NCBI RefSeq assembly: GCF_009914755.1
Contig: NC_060926.1
Strand: one strand, 5' to 3'
DNA from: the human T2T-CHM13v2.0 reference genome, Homo sapiens
Length of the DNA stretch: 64,000 nt
Positions within the stretch are counted from its first letter, which is position 1; the number at the start of each line of letters is the position of its first letter. Shown here piece by piece: positions 31,837-45,279 of the stretch. Made by a program: the position numbers and the translations under genes. The notes under the pieces are model-generated. The model saw only the letters and a program-made list of their open reading frames with translations. It made no database searches and was not told the origin of the DNA.

Positions 31837-34188
31837 TATCTCCTTTGAATATAATCCATTCCAGATTTCCAAGAAGAATGATATATTGGAAAGAGGATTT
31901 ACTTAGATGTCAGACAGAACAGGGTGTGGATTCTTGGTGCTCATTGATTATTTAGCTTGACCTTGGACCAGGTAACTTAAATCCATCTCTGTAAAAATTG
32001 GGTTATTAATAATTGTACAGAAAGTTTGTTGTGAAAATTTGGGAAGATCAAGAGTGAAAAATAACCCAGCACAGAGCTTGGTAGATGATAGTTGCAAAAT
32101 TTTCCTTCTGAAGTTTATCTTTGAGGTCATGGGTTCTCAGCATTAACTCAAAGGCCCAGAGTGCCATTCTTGGTGGCATGAGTCTTGAACTGCTAAAAAT
32201 TAACATTTTAATCAGTCTGAGCCATTCTTGCACTGTCAGTCCCTCATGCAGTCAAAACAACAAAACAAAACAAAACAACAAAAAAACAAAAACACCACTA
32301 AGGGTTAACTTCTGATGTCTTGTAAATGGAATCCTTGGCTCCTAAAATAGGATTTATGTTGAACAACTGGATTCATTCATTTTACTCCTGAAACATTCAT
32401 TTGACAAACATTAGATTTGCTATGTGTTAGTCACCATACCAGGAACTACACTAACACAAAGATTTGTAACTTGTGCTGTTTCTGTCTCAATCAAGCTTTG
32501 CTCTGAAAATGTGCTATGGATACAAACATACACAAGAAACAAGAGAAGAAATTTTAAGGGTACAATATAGGGGTTAGAGATAAGAATTAGCTTATTTGTA
32601 TGGATTAAAGAAGGATCAATTTTAGCTATATGAATTTGGGGTTGTTTTCCTAAAGAAGTCAAATTTAAAATAACTCTTTAAGTATGGAAATTTTTTAATA
32701 GAAAGTGGAGGAGAGGCTACTAAAAGAAGTAATAATTCTTCACTTTATCTCCTTTTAAAATATGTACAGAAATCTTCAGTTATCTCTCATGTGTCTCTTT
32801 CAGACTGGCTTTCTCACCTAGGTTTCAGGAAATGGAGATCATAATAATGGCTTGGAAGAGGAAAAGCAAAATGGCTGGAGGGGAAGTCTGCAGATGAAAA
32901 TATGAATGTCACTTCAAAGGTTAGTTTAAGTAGACAAGAGCTCCTTTGAGGGAGGAACCCTGGGCTTGCCGAAATATTCTAAATTAACCATGAAGTCTCA
33001 CCATCTTTATCTGCTGAGATTAGGTAACTTATTTTGCAAATATTTTATTTAAAAATCTACTGATAAAAGCCTACACTTTTAGACTTTATCAACTATACTA
33101 AAAGAGATGCCTATAGATTTTCACTCATTTAAAAACTAGATCACTGGGATAAATTTATATTCATTAGAATCCCGAGAGAACAGCTTTTCAATTTTACTAT
33201 AGCCTTCTTCATAATGCAAAAACAGTTCAGCAAAATTAAATTCCTATAGTTTTCCTTGTTACCACAACAAGGCTTCCAATTGTAAGAGACCTAAAGTTGC
33301 TTTATGCCTTCCCCTAGATCAAATAATATTGGCACATATTTCAACAGAATGTTCTTAATTCTAGCAAATAAGGACTATATTGTGTATTTGAGTAAAGCAA
33401 ACACATATTTGTAATATCGTCAACAAATACAGTTATTACTATTTTTTATTGTTTTTCATGAACTTGTCCTAAAATATCTTTACCCTTTGACCATTAATAT
33501 TGCTATTTCAGGCACATAATGTAGTCTCTAAAAAGCAGTGTTTTTTTTTTTTTTTTTTTTTTTTCCTACTCTTACTTGAAATGCTCCTCAGGACATGTCC
33601 AAGCAGCATCTGTAATTGTAAATTATTTCAGGTCAAGTGAGGCAAATCTGAATAAGCTGATATTTTGAGACAATTTTTTTTAAGCATTAACATATAGTGT
33701 ATCACATACACTGAAGTTGAGGTGAGGGTTGTATATTAGGGTGAGAAAATGCATGCTGCACAGCTATAATGTCAGACTGGGATTTCTCATGGAGGCTGCT
33801 TAGTAAGCAAAAGAAAATTCTTCCAAATTAATTTGACCTTGAATAAGAAAGCATATTTTTATCAATCAACTGTAACCAACATTGACTTTGGGGATTAGCC
33901 AAATTGTAGCATGCATATTCAGGTAGATAATACAGTTGTCAGAATAGTGTTCTTGATCCATAGTCTGTCACTGTGTATTGAATCGCAAGTTGCAGTGCTT
34001 TTCTCGTTTCAATTTTATAGAGCAACATGTAATACATGAGTCAAGTCTGTCTTGCTGGGTTACAAGAAAAGGAGAAGAACTGGAATACAAATTATACTGT
34101 AAATTAGAAAACCTAAATCCTAAGCAACCAGATTTTTAACCTTAATATGAAATAATATCTTTAAATCCAATGATATTCTGATATAGAG

Positions 34189-34354
34189 CAGTGCTTCTCA
34201 AACCTTAATGCTCATAAAAATTACCTGGGGATCTTGGGAAAAGATTGATTCTGATTCAGTAGATTTGGCATGGAGCCTGAAATACTACATTATTAGTAAT
34301 TTCTCAGATGATGCCAATGTTTCTAGACTATGGAACACACCTTGAATAGCAAGG
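34189..34354 (+). mobile_element. MER5B (hAT-Charlie MITE)
   Basis: CAGTGCTTCTCAAACC...ACCTGGGGATCTTG...GATTCTGATTCAGTAG...TTGAATAGCAAGG. Confidence 0.85.
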
Positions 34355-35479
34355 TTCTACAGCATAATTGTGTACAATATATTATGAGATTTCATAATTA
34401 CCTTTATTATCCAAAGAAGTATAATGCCCCAAAATAGCCACAATAGTGTCTACTCATTTATTTTAAATTACTTTTATAATAATTATGCAAACCTTTCTTA
34501 CTTCATTGTGATTAGTCTTATAATTAGATTTTCTCCTAGAATCCTTTTTCTTCATGAGTGCGCAGTAAGGAAATAAAATAACATCAAAGTGTACGATTAC
34601 AAAAATTCCTGTAGATGACACAGAATATTTAGGGAATGTTTAGAATATTTTAAATTCCTCATTCTCAATCTTACGGAGTACGGGCGGTGAGGGGAGAAAA
34701 GAAAGCGTGCTGTAAAATTAGTGATGCTATGTACTATGCCTAGACACTGATGCGGAGGACCACTCCTACTTAATTTGGATTCTCCTCTTTCTGGGAGCTA
34801 GTGCATGCAATGATTGATAGTACATCTCACCTACAAAAACCTGCAGCCTGAAACTGCCCAAGAAATTGTATGTCGGCAGTTTGTTAAGATATTTTACGAG
34901 AATAGGTGTCACCAAGTAATGGGTTACTTAGTACTTTCATTTGCAGCAGAGAAAGTTAAGATGTGCTTCCTCATTCTCTTGACATTCTACTTACAGGATT
35001 CGCAGTTTCACGTAAAATTAAAGAAAACTTACACATCCCCAACTACACCCACTCCTTCATTGTGTATTATTAAATGATTCTATGTAATGACATGTGAGAG
35101 TTTTGTTCCACGTGGGTAAGAAATAACAAAGGCTTTATATACTGTTCTTCTGAGGATTTATAATAAGAATTGTGTTTAAGAATACTCTGTCTAAAGAACT
35201 TCATTTCTAAAGGGTTATAAGATATAACAAAATATTTTTAATCATAGCTTCCTCTTTATCTTCTTTAAACTTTGTTCTTTATCAAAAACTGTTAATTCAA
35301 TAAACAAATCTTCATTAAGTAATTAAACAGCCATGTAACATGAAAACATATAATGTGGCAGGCTAGCATTAAGAGCTGAGAATAAAGGGCATAAAGAGCA
35401 GTTCCTGATGACCTCAGTACTCTTGAAGCTTTTTTGAAGTCAGTTTCCATCTAGTTACCCAAATTGTTTCAGCAATTTT

Positions 35480-35900
35480 TAGGTATACTAGTTAATAGTA
35501 AATAAATTATTAAAAACAAACAAACAAACATTGGCTTGTAAAACTAAAAAGTAAAGAAATCAGGCACAGCTTTAATCAAGAGCTAAAACAATGTTATCAG
35601 AGCTCAGCTTTTCTACATTTTATAGTTTTGAATTTTGCTATACTGACTTAATGGTCATACTCCATAAAAATTTTCCAGCAGCTCTGTTTAGGTTGTCTCA
35701 AGAAAGAATATGAGGTCCTTTTTTAACAGTATGAAAAATAGTTAATTGTTTCTCTTTGGTTATAACCCGCTCATATTCCTATTACTGAGTCAACATCTAG
35801 GGCCTTTGGAAATACAATGCCCTGATTGTATGTGTCTGATCCATGTGTCCACCCTAGAGCCAGCAATGAAGTAAAATCCAGCAATAGATTACTGAGAGGT
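35480..35900 (-). mobile_element. Old MLT1 (K/L-type) LTR fragment
   Basis: Degenerate TTGGCTTGTAAAACTAAAAAGT...CAGGCACAGCT...GCCCTGATTG...CATGTGTCCACCCTAGAGC. Confidence 0.55.
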
Positions 35901-37099
35901 GTGACAGTCATGGAAGTGCATGGCACCAATCCTTTTTTAGCTCTGAAGGATATAGATGAATAAACAGTAACTTGTTTTCCACTGGTCTTTTATGATCCAG
36001 ATAATATAAAAGTGAAATACAAAAACTTATATTTTAAATTTGTAGTTTACAAAACAATCTGACTTCCATCATCTACCCACAATGTTGGTAAAATAGCTGT
36101 TTTAGTATATTTGATAAGGAAGGATATTAAATAGAGAAAAGTTAAGTGACTTGTTCAAAGCCAAGCAACCGGCCCAATAGTATGCACTAGAGCTTTCTAG
36201 TCTTGTAAATGAAGCCAATTTACCTCTTCTCATGGGGTCCCATTTTATGAACTCACAGGAGGCAATGGCCCCTTCTTCAGTGATCCCCTTGTTAACAGTG
36301 ACATTGATTATTGATGCTTGAAAATTGTTGAAATTATTGTTAATGTTTGAAAATATTAACCCAGTGCATTGTCTCCCTACTTAAATCTTATTCCCAGCAG
36401 CTTTCCACTTTGAGGCTGAGCCCTGAGTTTTATCAATCCATGACAAGAGAGGACAGACGTACTCCTCTTTAAGCAAGACAATGGGCTTAAGGAATGGGCA
36501 AGGGAAAAGATTTTCTAATACAGAGTACTATAGCAAATACTAAGTCAAAGGTGGGCTTCCCTGTAAAAGAATACATTTTTAATATAAGAGGAGCAATAGA
36601 AAATCTCTACCTGATACCGGGGTATCTTGGGGAACAGAAGAGAGACAGGGTGACATTACAGCCTGAGCTTTAGGTATGTCCGAGTCCTGGTGGGATATTC
36701 GAATTGTTGAGGGAAAAACTGAAAGCAGAGAAGATAGGATTACATTCCCTTTTTGAAATCTAGGAAGAGGAAGCTGTGTAGGGTGATTCTTGAATCAATA
36801 TGGACCATCCTTTGCACAATTAAGAATCTCTCTCTTTGCTGTGAGACTTGAGAGATGACGTATTTTCCAATACCCTAAATATCACCATTTAGGGATACAT
36901 AGGAAAAAGAGTAAAAACTAAGCATTTCTGCCCACGATCTGGGTAAATTTACAACCTCCCCTACATATCACAATTCTACATGTTCCCCTTCTTATGTCTT
37001 TATTTCTAAACCACAAATATAGAATTAAAGGCATCTTAAATTTAAATCAGCTATTGAAGAGATGTAGCATCCCATTCAAAATTATTGATTTTGCAAATC

Positions 37100-37355
37100 A
37101 GCATGCTCAGTAGAGCAGGAGTTTTGAGATACGAATATCCAAGATTAAAATTGCAGTCCTATAACTTACATATTATCTGAGCTTGAAGATTTTTCTGCAT
37201 ATTTGTTTACTCATTGCAAAATGAAGACAACAATACCTTCATCAGCAAGTCATAAAGAAGATTAAATAAGATATTACATATAAAATGCTTAGGAAAAGGA
37301 GTGTTATTCTGGAAATTACTATTACTACTGCTGCTGCTGCTGCTGCTACTACTAA
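37100..37355 (+). mobile_element. MIR with (CTA)n(CTG)6(CTA)n tail
   Basis: CTCATTGCAAAATGAAGACAACAATACCT...AAGATTAAATAAGATA...TAAAATGCTTAG core. Confidence 0.7.
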
Positions 37356-38085
37356 TGTCTTCACTATTTTTGCATGAGATGTGCCAGCTAGCTAGGACAA
37401 AATATGAACCATTGATACAGAAGAAAACTGAAGTATTCTCCTGCCTATATTTTTCCACCTTAAAACTGATAAATTTACGTAGTTCCATAGTACCTTCAAT
37501 CTCATTCCTCAAAACAAAAATAGACAATAAAAGTAGTAGGAACACAAGTACAAATATCCAATACAGCATATTTCACAAACTCCGAAAGTCAGGTATAAAA
37601 TAAATGTTTGTGTGTTTTTAATGATCCAACGATCTACTTTCAAATGGCTTAAGCAAGTTATTCAAAAATATATAAAATATCAAACACAATCCTTAAATTT
37701 GAACCCAAATTCTTGTCATGTAAGATTAATTTTTTCCATTCTTTTTTTCATTTAAATGCTCCCTAAACTTCTGTATTCTGACCTAATGGCTCTTCTCAAA
37801 GATTTCCATTCTCTCTGGATGCAGGAAATCCTGAAAACCTTGTCAAAATCCTTTTTTATCACTAAATTCACGGGTCATTTATGTAGACTCAAGAGGTTTT
37901 TCCTAGTCCTAATAAACATCAAGACTCACAGATGTTACTCCAACTTGGCTGTACCTCTAGACCTCTTGGAGTTTCCACTCATCACTAGTTTTCTGGTCCA
38001 GTGGAGCATTACATAACTTCTTCCCAACCTTTCCACAAACTCAGAACTCAGCTTAAAAGTGAAAAATAGATGCCATGGTAGTGCA

Positions 38086-38268
38086 AAGGAAAACACACAC
38101 ACACATACACACATACCTGAACAAGGAAACCACACACACACACACACCTGAACGAGGAAACCACACACACACACACACATCTGAACAAGGAAACCACACA
38201 CACATACATGTACTCACATACCTGAGCAAGGAAATCACACACACACACACACACCTGAACAAGGAAAC

Positions 38269-38299
<31 letters not shown>

Positions 38300-38450
38300 G
38301 AACAAGGAAACCACACACATATACATGTACTCACATACCTGAACAAAGAAATCACACACACACACACACATACACACCTGAACAAGGAAACCACACACAC
38401 ACAGATGAACAAGGAAACCACACACACACATACACACATACCTGAACAAG
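38086..38450. repeat. Compound minisatellite, unit CCTGAACAAGGAAAC(CA)n, about 10 copies
   Basis: Units start at about 38116, 38147, 38180, 38221, 38254, 38297, 38338, 38377, 38404 and 38441. Confidence 0.96.
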
Positions 38451-40344
38451 ACCCTCTCCCAAACAGCAGCATAAACAATAATAGAGTAGTCCTGACCATA
38501 AAGAAACTCTAAAAAATAAATACTCTTTCCTTTATATAATGAATTATAAGGAAAAGAAAATAAGAAAGAGCATCTCCTAATAAGTACACCCATGCGAACA
38601 CTGGTTTTCTTCATGGTTTTGTTGTGGTTATGGCAAATACTTTTTGCTCCTGTCATGTTATTCCAGATTCTGATTTCCCAGATAATTAACCGTTTGTCTC
38701 CTTTCTATCTTTCCCTTGATAATTCAATTTTTAAATATCAGTTATATCAAGGATTCTGAAAATGACATATATTTAGATCAGATTAAGAGGATGGGAGAGG
38801 AAGATGGATTTCAGTTAGGGTATTGTTTGTGCTCCTCAATTACTTTTCATAAAGGCTGTACGTGTTTGATATTGTCCAATCTGTCTAATAAATGCTACTA
38901 AATTACTGATTCGAGGCAAGGACATGAAGCCTGATTTTTGAGGATATCTTACTTTCTTGTATTAAGAAAGTCTGTATAAGGAAATCTTATTTTATTATAT
39001 TTTAAAATTGGAATAATAAATGTGATGCCAACAATCAAGAACACAATAACTTGCTTCTCTAGATATACATTAATAAATGCTTATCAATATTCCAAAAGCC
39101 ATGGAAAATACAAAATAGCACAGTAAGTTCTCTTTTGTTTAAATTTTTCATATATACGGTTCAAAAGTAAAATATTTTATTCAGGATGGTATTGTTTCTC
39201 CTTTTCCAATGAATAATCCATTGTAAACACAGAGACCTCCATCTAACACAGAGAATAGGAAACTGGATTAGAAAGGACTCTTCTTGCAAATAAAATATTT
39301 GTAATAACATAACTGTTGAAAAAGAAATCATGCCATTAAATTTAGATAAAATGTTAAAGGCTTTTTTTTTGGCAAATTACTGGATTACAGTAATAATTTC
39401 ATTTTTGCTGTTTTAGGGCTAATACCACAATCTGATGAAATAGATTTTCAAATTATCCACAAGGAAGACTAATAAACGTGGACTTTGGGCAGATATCACT
39501 TGGAAGATGGGTCAACATTCATGGTCATTTATTTTTCTTGCACTCTATGATAATCAAGGGCTGCAGAAAATCAAATTATTTTTCTGATTATTAAATGTTT
39601 CAAGAGTTAAATATATTTTTAAATAATTTTTGCTAGAAAACTTTTATGAAACAAGATTATTTCCATAATTTCTCAAATAAAGTTATATGCAACATATATC
39701 TCTTGAGAAATAAGGTCATTGCAAACAGTCACAGACTATACTAGGTAACATAGTTCTGTTTGTTGTTTAGATGATTTTCCTCTCACCCATATTTTTAGGT
39801 TGATTGTCCTTAGCTGGTCTTTGTATTCCATTTTCCTTCTAATCTAGGTAAAAGTGAAATAAACCAAGTTTCTTTAGAGTTTTCTAATCAAAGGGAGAAA
39901 ATAGGCATAGTTTTCTTACGATGGAAAAAAATGACATGAACTAGAACATCTGGAGAAGCCTTCATGGAGGAAGCGGAATTGAGTTGGCCTTTAAGGATTA
40001 GAATAATTTATAGAGGTGAAGAGATTAGAGACCCAAAAAGAAGAAATTGTGAAGGACTAAAGTTGGAAAGCAGCAAAGATTGAACAGATAACAATGAAAA
40101 GATGAGTCTCACTGGATTGATAGTCTGTGTGGCTAAAAGGTGAGCTATATGTTTATAATATTTTATCTAAAATTTCAGAATTTGAAATACTCTGAAAACC
40201 CAAACTTTTTAAAACCTAATATAAATAATCCTATTGCAAGGTTTAAGAAATGCATAAAAACACAATTAACATTAAACTTGTGATGATTATGTAAAAGATA
40301 TTAAAAATAGTGCTTTACCTTAATGATTTCCTTTATTCTTATAA

Positions 40345-41600
40345 GATGAATATTCATTTACACAGAGAGACATCTACTGAGCTTGTCATCTGTGGCAAGG
40401 CATTGGGAGTACAAACCAAGTAAGACATGTGCTTGTCAAGAATGGATAGTATGATACAGATAAGTTAATTTTTTAACAAGATGCGATGTAAGTGATTTGA
40501 TAAAAGTATTTTCAGAATTTATCTAGATCGACAATAGGAAATGCTTCCAAGGAGAAAACATTGCCTGAGGTGAGATTTTAAGTTAATAAGTATAAGTTAA
40601 CTCGATAAAGGAAAGGACATTATAATCTAAAATAATATTATATTATAAAGCAGAACTGTGGAAAAGCATGGCCACGGAAAGAAAGTGGAAATGATTAGGA
40701 TGGACAGAATGAAAGATTTATTATATAGAGAGGAAAACTATGAAATGGGGTGTGTATTTTTGTGGGGAAATGAAAATGCAGTAGGCAAATCAGGTAAACC
40801 AGTGGTTCCCAACCGATGAAGACTTTGTCCCCCAGAAACATTTGTCAATGTCAGGGCACATTTTGTGGGTTGCTACAATGGGCAGGGAATACTCCTCTCA
40901 TGTAGTAGATGAAGGCCAGAGATAGTGCTAAACATCCTACAACGTACAAGGAAGTCCCCCACAACAAGGAATTATCTGGCCCAAAATGTCAGTAGTGCCA
41001 AGTTTGTGAATCCTTGATGTAGACCTGTTTGTGCAAACCCAGAGAGTTGGAGCTTTATCTGGAAAGCCCTGATAAATCATTGAAGGGCTTTAGGCCCTAC
41101 AATAACATATAATTTTCATTTACAAACATCATTCTGGCAGCAATTTTGGGGCTGGATGAGAGAAGTCAGGGGAAATATCACGGCAGCAGGACCTGTTTTT
41201 AACCTATTGCATCAATCTAGCAAAAAAGTGATGGTAGCAGCAAAGGGGAAAAAAGGAAGGAGCTAACAATGAGAGATAAATGAGATGAAATTCACAGGGC
41301 TTAGTGACTGTATGTGGCTATAAAAAGAAAGAACTTAAAATGACTCGCAGACTTCTGGATCCAGTAACTGGAATAAAAGTAATGTTATTCAAGCAGGCAA
41401 CACAGGGAAGAGAGCAGTGTTAAAGAGCAAAGATAATGAGTTTGATTTTAGATCTTTTAAATTGAGTTACCTGAAGGACATATGGAGTTTACCAAATATT
41501 TACATGCATGAAGTTGAGCAAAGTAAAATGTAAGGAGCCACTAATTGCAGTGAGGAAATTGCAAGAACAATTTTAGTGTAATCGTGCCAATGGTGATAGT
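40345..41600 (-). mobile_element. L2 fragment(s), interrupted by MER20
   Basis: Purine-rich antisense L2 motifs (CATTGAAGGGCTTTAGG, CATCATTCTGGCAGCA, GATAATGAGTTTGATTTTAGA). Confidence 0.7.
40800..41016 (+). mobile_element. MER20 (hAT-Charlie)
   Basis: CAGTGGTTCCCAACC...GCTAAACATCCTACAA...CCCACAACAAGGAATTATCTGGCCCAAAATGTCAGTAGTGCC. Confidence 0.9.
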
Positions 41601-42084
41601 CACAGTCGTGGATGGGTGAAATCTGGGGGCACTGACAAATAAACAGGGATAAAATAGTATTTACTGCTCAAAAGAGCTCTTTGTGTGGATAAGCAAACTG
41701 AGTCTCGGTAAACCTTAATAAATTTTCCAAGAACACAGGAATAGTTAGATTCAAATCCACATCTATATTTTTCAGAAAACAAATTTTTCTTTCTACTACA
41801 TCATGTTATGCCTATTCCACCAAGTTATTTCTCCATATATCCCTTTGCTGCCTTCTCCTAAAAAGAAGGGAATTAAAATAATAGATCACATTTCAAGACA
41901 TTAGTTGGACCATGTTTACAAATGTACATGGTCAATGAATGTTGAAAGTATAGTCTGCCTTTTCCTCTTTTCTATATTGCTGGACAGAGCAATATAGATA
42001 AATTTCTTAGGCTGTAGTTTGGAAGCATGTTAATTAACTAATTTGTTTCCAATCATCTTCTTCTCTAGATGGAGCGATTGAAAG

Positions 42085-42108
42085 ACAGATGGGTAGGTAG
42101 ATAGATAA

Positions 42109-42144
<36 letters not shown>

Positions 42145-42152
42145 CGACCGAC
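42085..42152. repeat. (TAGA)/(GA)n/(GACC) compound simple repeat
   Basis: Direct reading of the sequence. Confidence 0.85.
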
Positions 42153-42439
42153 CTAGTATATAGGTGTGCACACATCTATATAATGTGATAATTTAAAAAT
42201 GTTTATTTATATTCAGGTTAATGCTTAGGATAAGGATACCAGAAGTCTGACTTCCAGATAAGTAAGATATCATGAATCTAAATAAAAAAAAGAAAAATTG
42301 TCATCCAGATACATGGTTAGGTTATTCTGTATACATATATACATGCCTCTATATACTAGGTCCATCTATCTATCTGTAATCTATCTACCTACACACATAT
42401 ATATGCACTCATGCATGTACATTCACATACATAGACAGC

Positions 42440-42660
42440 CAGTTTAATGCAGTGGGTAAGAACACTGGCTCCATGATCTTAACTTTCTCAGCTGTAACCT
42501 GTGACAGAATACTCAATCTCTATACCTCACTTTTATCATCTGTAAAATCCAAAAGAAGGAAGCCTATCTTAATGAGTTGTTGTAATTATTAAATGAGACT
42601 ATCTATAGAACATTTAGAACCATGCTTATCATCTGGTAAAATGCACAAGAAACATTAGCT
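42440..42660 (+). mobile_element. MIR
   Basis: CAGTGGGTAAGAACACTGGCTC...ACCTCACTTTTATCATCTGTAAAAT...GTTGTTGTAATTATTAAATGAGA. Confidence 0.75.
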
Positions 42661-43343
42661 AATTTTTTCCTTCTCCTCCTCTCTCCTCATGCTCAATCCT
42701 TCCACAGGATCATATGTGTAAATTAGTGGTTTTAGGTTCCTATAGTCTGTGCTAGACCCAAGATATAACTTCAGGGAAGAGTGGCAGTTTCCAGTTAGGA
42801 CTCAATATTTAAGCCCTCTAATCTGATTTGCAAGAGAGCTCTACTTCAAGGTATTCTGCTCCTGCAAAGCTAATAATTACGTGGTATTCATATCTCACTC
42901 AGTTACTGTTCTGGGAGTATTTCTCCTCATGAACCTTAGAGCATACACAGTGCAAATGGAAGGATAAGATGTTGCCAGTCATTTGTCAGTGGCCATTACT
43001 ACATCATGAATGCTGGGCTCAGGCAAATCTGTCTAATGCAGGAAGAGTTCTGAGGAGAAGCAATCAGATTTAAAGCACCTGAGGGGGTGGGAGGTGGTTG
43101 TGAGTGTGTTTCTAGACAAAGAAGCAGAGAGTTGACCTAAATTCTGTTACTATCTCCATTACATATTAACTGGTGATCTTCTTTAAATGACTACCTTTTT
43201 GAGTTCTAGCTTCTTTATTAGCAATACAAAAGGGTCATGTCAGCAATCTCTGAAATTTTCAACTCTAATTGCAATGACCATATCATAAAAATATAAAACT
43301 TTAGTTTTGGTGGTTTTGTAATAGTTTTAAAATGTTTGAGGCT

Positions 43344-43640
43344 GACCAGGCACAGTGGCTTATGCCTGTAATCACAACACTTTGGGAGGCCGAGGTGGGT
43401 GGATCACCTGAGGTCAGGAGTTCGAGACCAGCCTGGCCAACATGGTGAAACCCTGTCTCCACTAAAATTACAAAAATTAGCTGGGTATGGTGGCAGGCTC
43501 CTGTAATCTCAGCTACTGGAGAGGCTGAGGCAGAAGAATCACTGAAAACCGGGAAGAGGAGGTCAAAGTGAGCTGAGATTGCACCATTGTAATCCAGCCT
43601 GGGGGACAAGAGCAAAACTCCGTCAAAAAAAAAAAAAAAA
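43344..43640 (+). mobile_element. AluS
   Basis: Dimer with GGATCACCTGAGGTCAGGAGTTCGAGACC and A-tail. Confidence 0.92.
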
Positions 43641-43903
43641 GGGAGGCCGAGGCTGGTGGATCCCGAGGTCAGGAGATCGAGACCATCCTGGCCAACACAG
43701 TGAAACCCTGTCTCTACTAAAAATACGAAAAATTAGCCGGGTGTGGTGGCGGGCACCTGTAGTCCCAGCTACTCAGGAGGCTGAGGCAGGAGAATGGCGT
43801 GAACCTGGGAGGCGGAGCTTGCAGTGAGCCAAGATTGCGCCACTGCGCTCCAGCCTGGGTGACAGAGCGAGACTCTGTCTCAAAAAAAAAAAAAAAAAAA
43901 AAA
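43641..43903 (+). mobile_element. 5'-truncated AluY inserted in the preceding Alu's A-tail
   Basis: Starts at GGGAGGCCGAGG directly after the A-run; AluY motifs; has its own A-tail. Confidence 0.92.
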
Positions 43904-44955
43904 CTATCTCTCTCTCTATCTATCTGTTCGAGGCTTAGGGTAAGGATACCAGAAGTCTGACTTCCAGATAAGTGAGGTATCATGAATCGGGATGGAGAAG
44001 GAACAAATATCATCTGGATATATGGTTATTCTGAGAGTTCTTGCTTGTTTAAAGTATTTTATTAGAAAAGACAAGATCATGCTGAATCAACTAATATACT
44101 GACAAAATATGCTGAATAGAGAAACAGGAGGTTCTCTCTGAATTTGTGTCTACCTACTCTACGCTCAACGCATTTGATTCCTCTCATGGTATTGCACCTG
44201 GATTCTATTAATATTTTTCTACAAACTGACTATTATAGATAAAAAAAAAAAGCTTAGCTAAGTGAGGTTATTCTCTATTTTGAATAGTGAGCAAAATGAC
44301 TAATCATCAACTCTTAAACTCAGGGTTGTGGGCATTATTATGTTACTAAAACATCCATAAATATTTGAAGATTAAACAATGTTTGTTCCAGAATTGCACA
44401 AATTTGAACTTAGTACTATAAATAACCAGCATACCTTCACACTGATGTAATCAAATCAAATATGTCAACAGAACTATATGTCCCAATTACATTTTTAAAA
44501 ATATAAAACTGGACTAATGGGGTTTATACAATTTTCAGTAAGTCATCTTAGAACAAAACAAAACAAATCTGACAATCGATCTCACATGTTAACAACTCAT
44601 TAACCAGAATGAGGTCATCATAGTATTCTATATGTGTTTCACATGAAAAACTGATACTTTTTATTGAATATAATTTGAAACATTAAAGGAATTCAACATC
44701 AACTTTTAGAATAGACATATTGCGTGTTAAAATTTCAAAACTCTGTAATTGATTTATTAGTACACAATAAAACCAGAACAATATCTTGTTCTTTTCCTAA
44801 CTCCAGATAACATATTTTTGAAAGCTCCTCAAGTCTCCACTCAACTTGTTTGCAAAGCAATGTAATTGTAAGATTCAGTTTTATCAACAAGGATCTGACA
44901 ATATTAGCCGGTTTCCTGGCAAGGCCAAGAAGGTCTGTAGACCACTTAAAGATAA

Positions 44956-45279
<324 letters not shown>

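Noticed and set aside
37301-37603. ORF with a poly-Leu signal-peptide-like start
   Set aside because: The leucines come from the CTA/CTG repeat at a MIR tail, and the ORF begins at GTG rather than ATG.
38086-38450. CRISPR-like repeat-spacer appearance
   Set aside because: The spacers are simple (CA)n tracts rather than unique sequences; there are no cas genes; this is primate DNA.
38048-38656. ORFs of 145-202 aa rich in VC/HT
   Set aside because: Artefacts of translating the CA minisatellite.
41971-41998. 11-bp perfect hairpin TCTATATTGCT-GGACAG-AGCAATATAGA
   Set aside because: Too short for a pre-miRNA, and one such stem is plausible by chance in 64 kb of AT-rich DNA.
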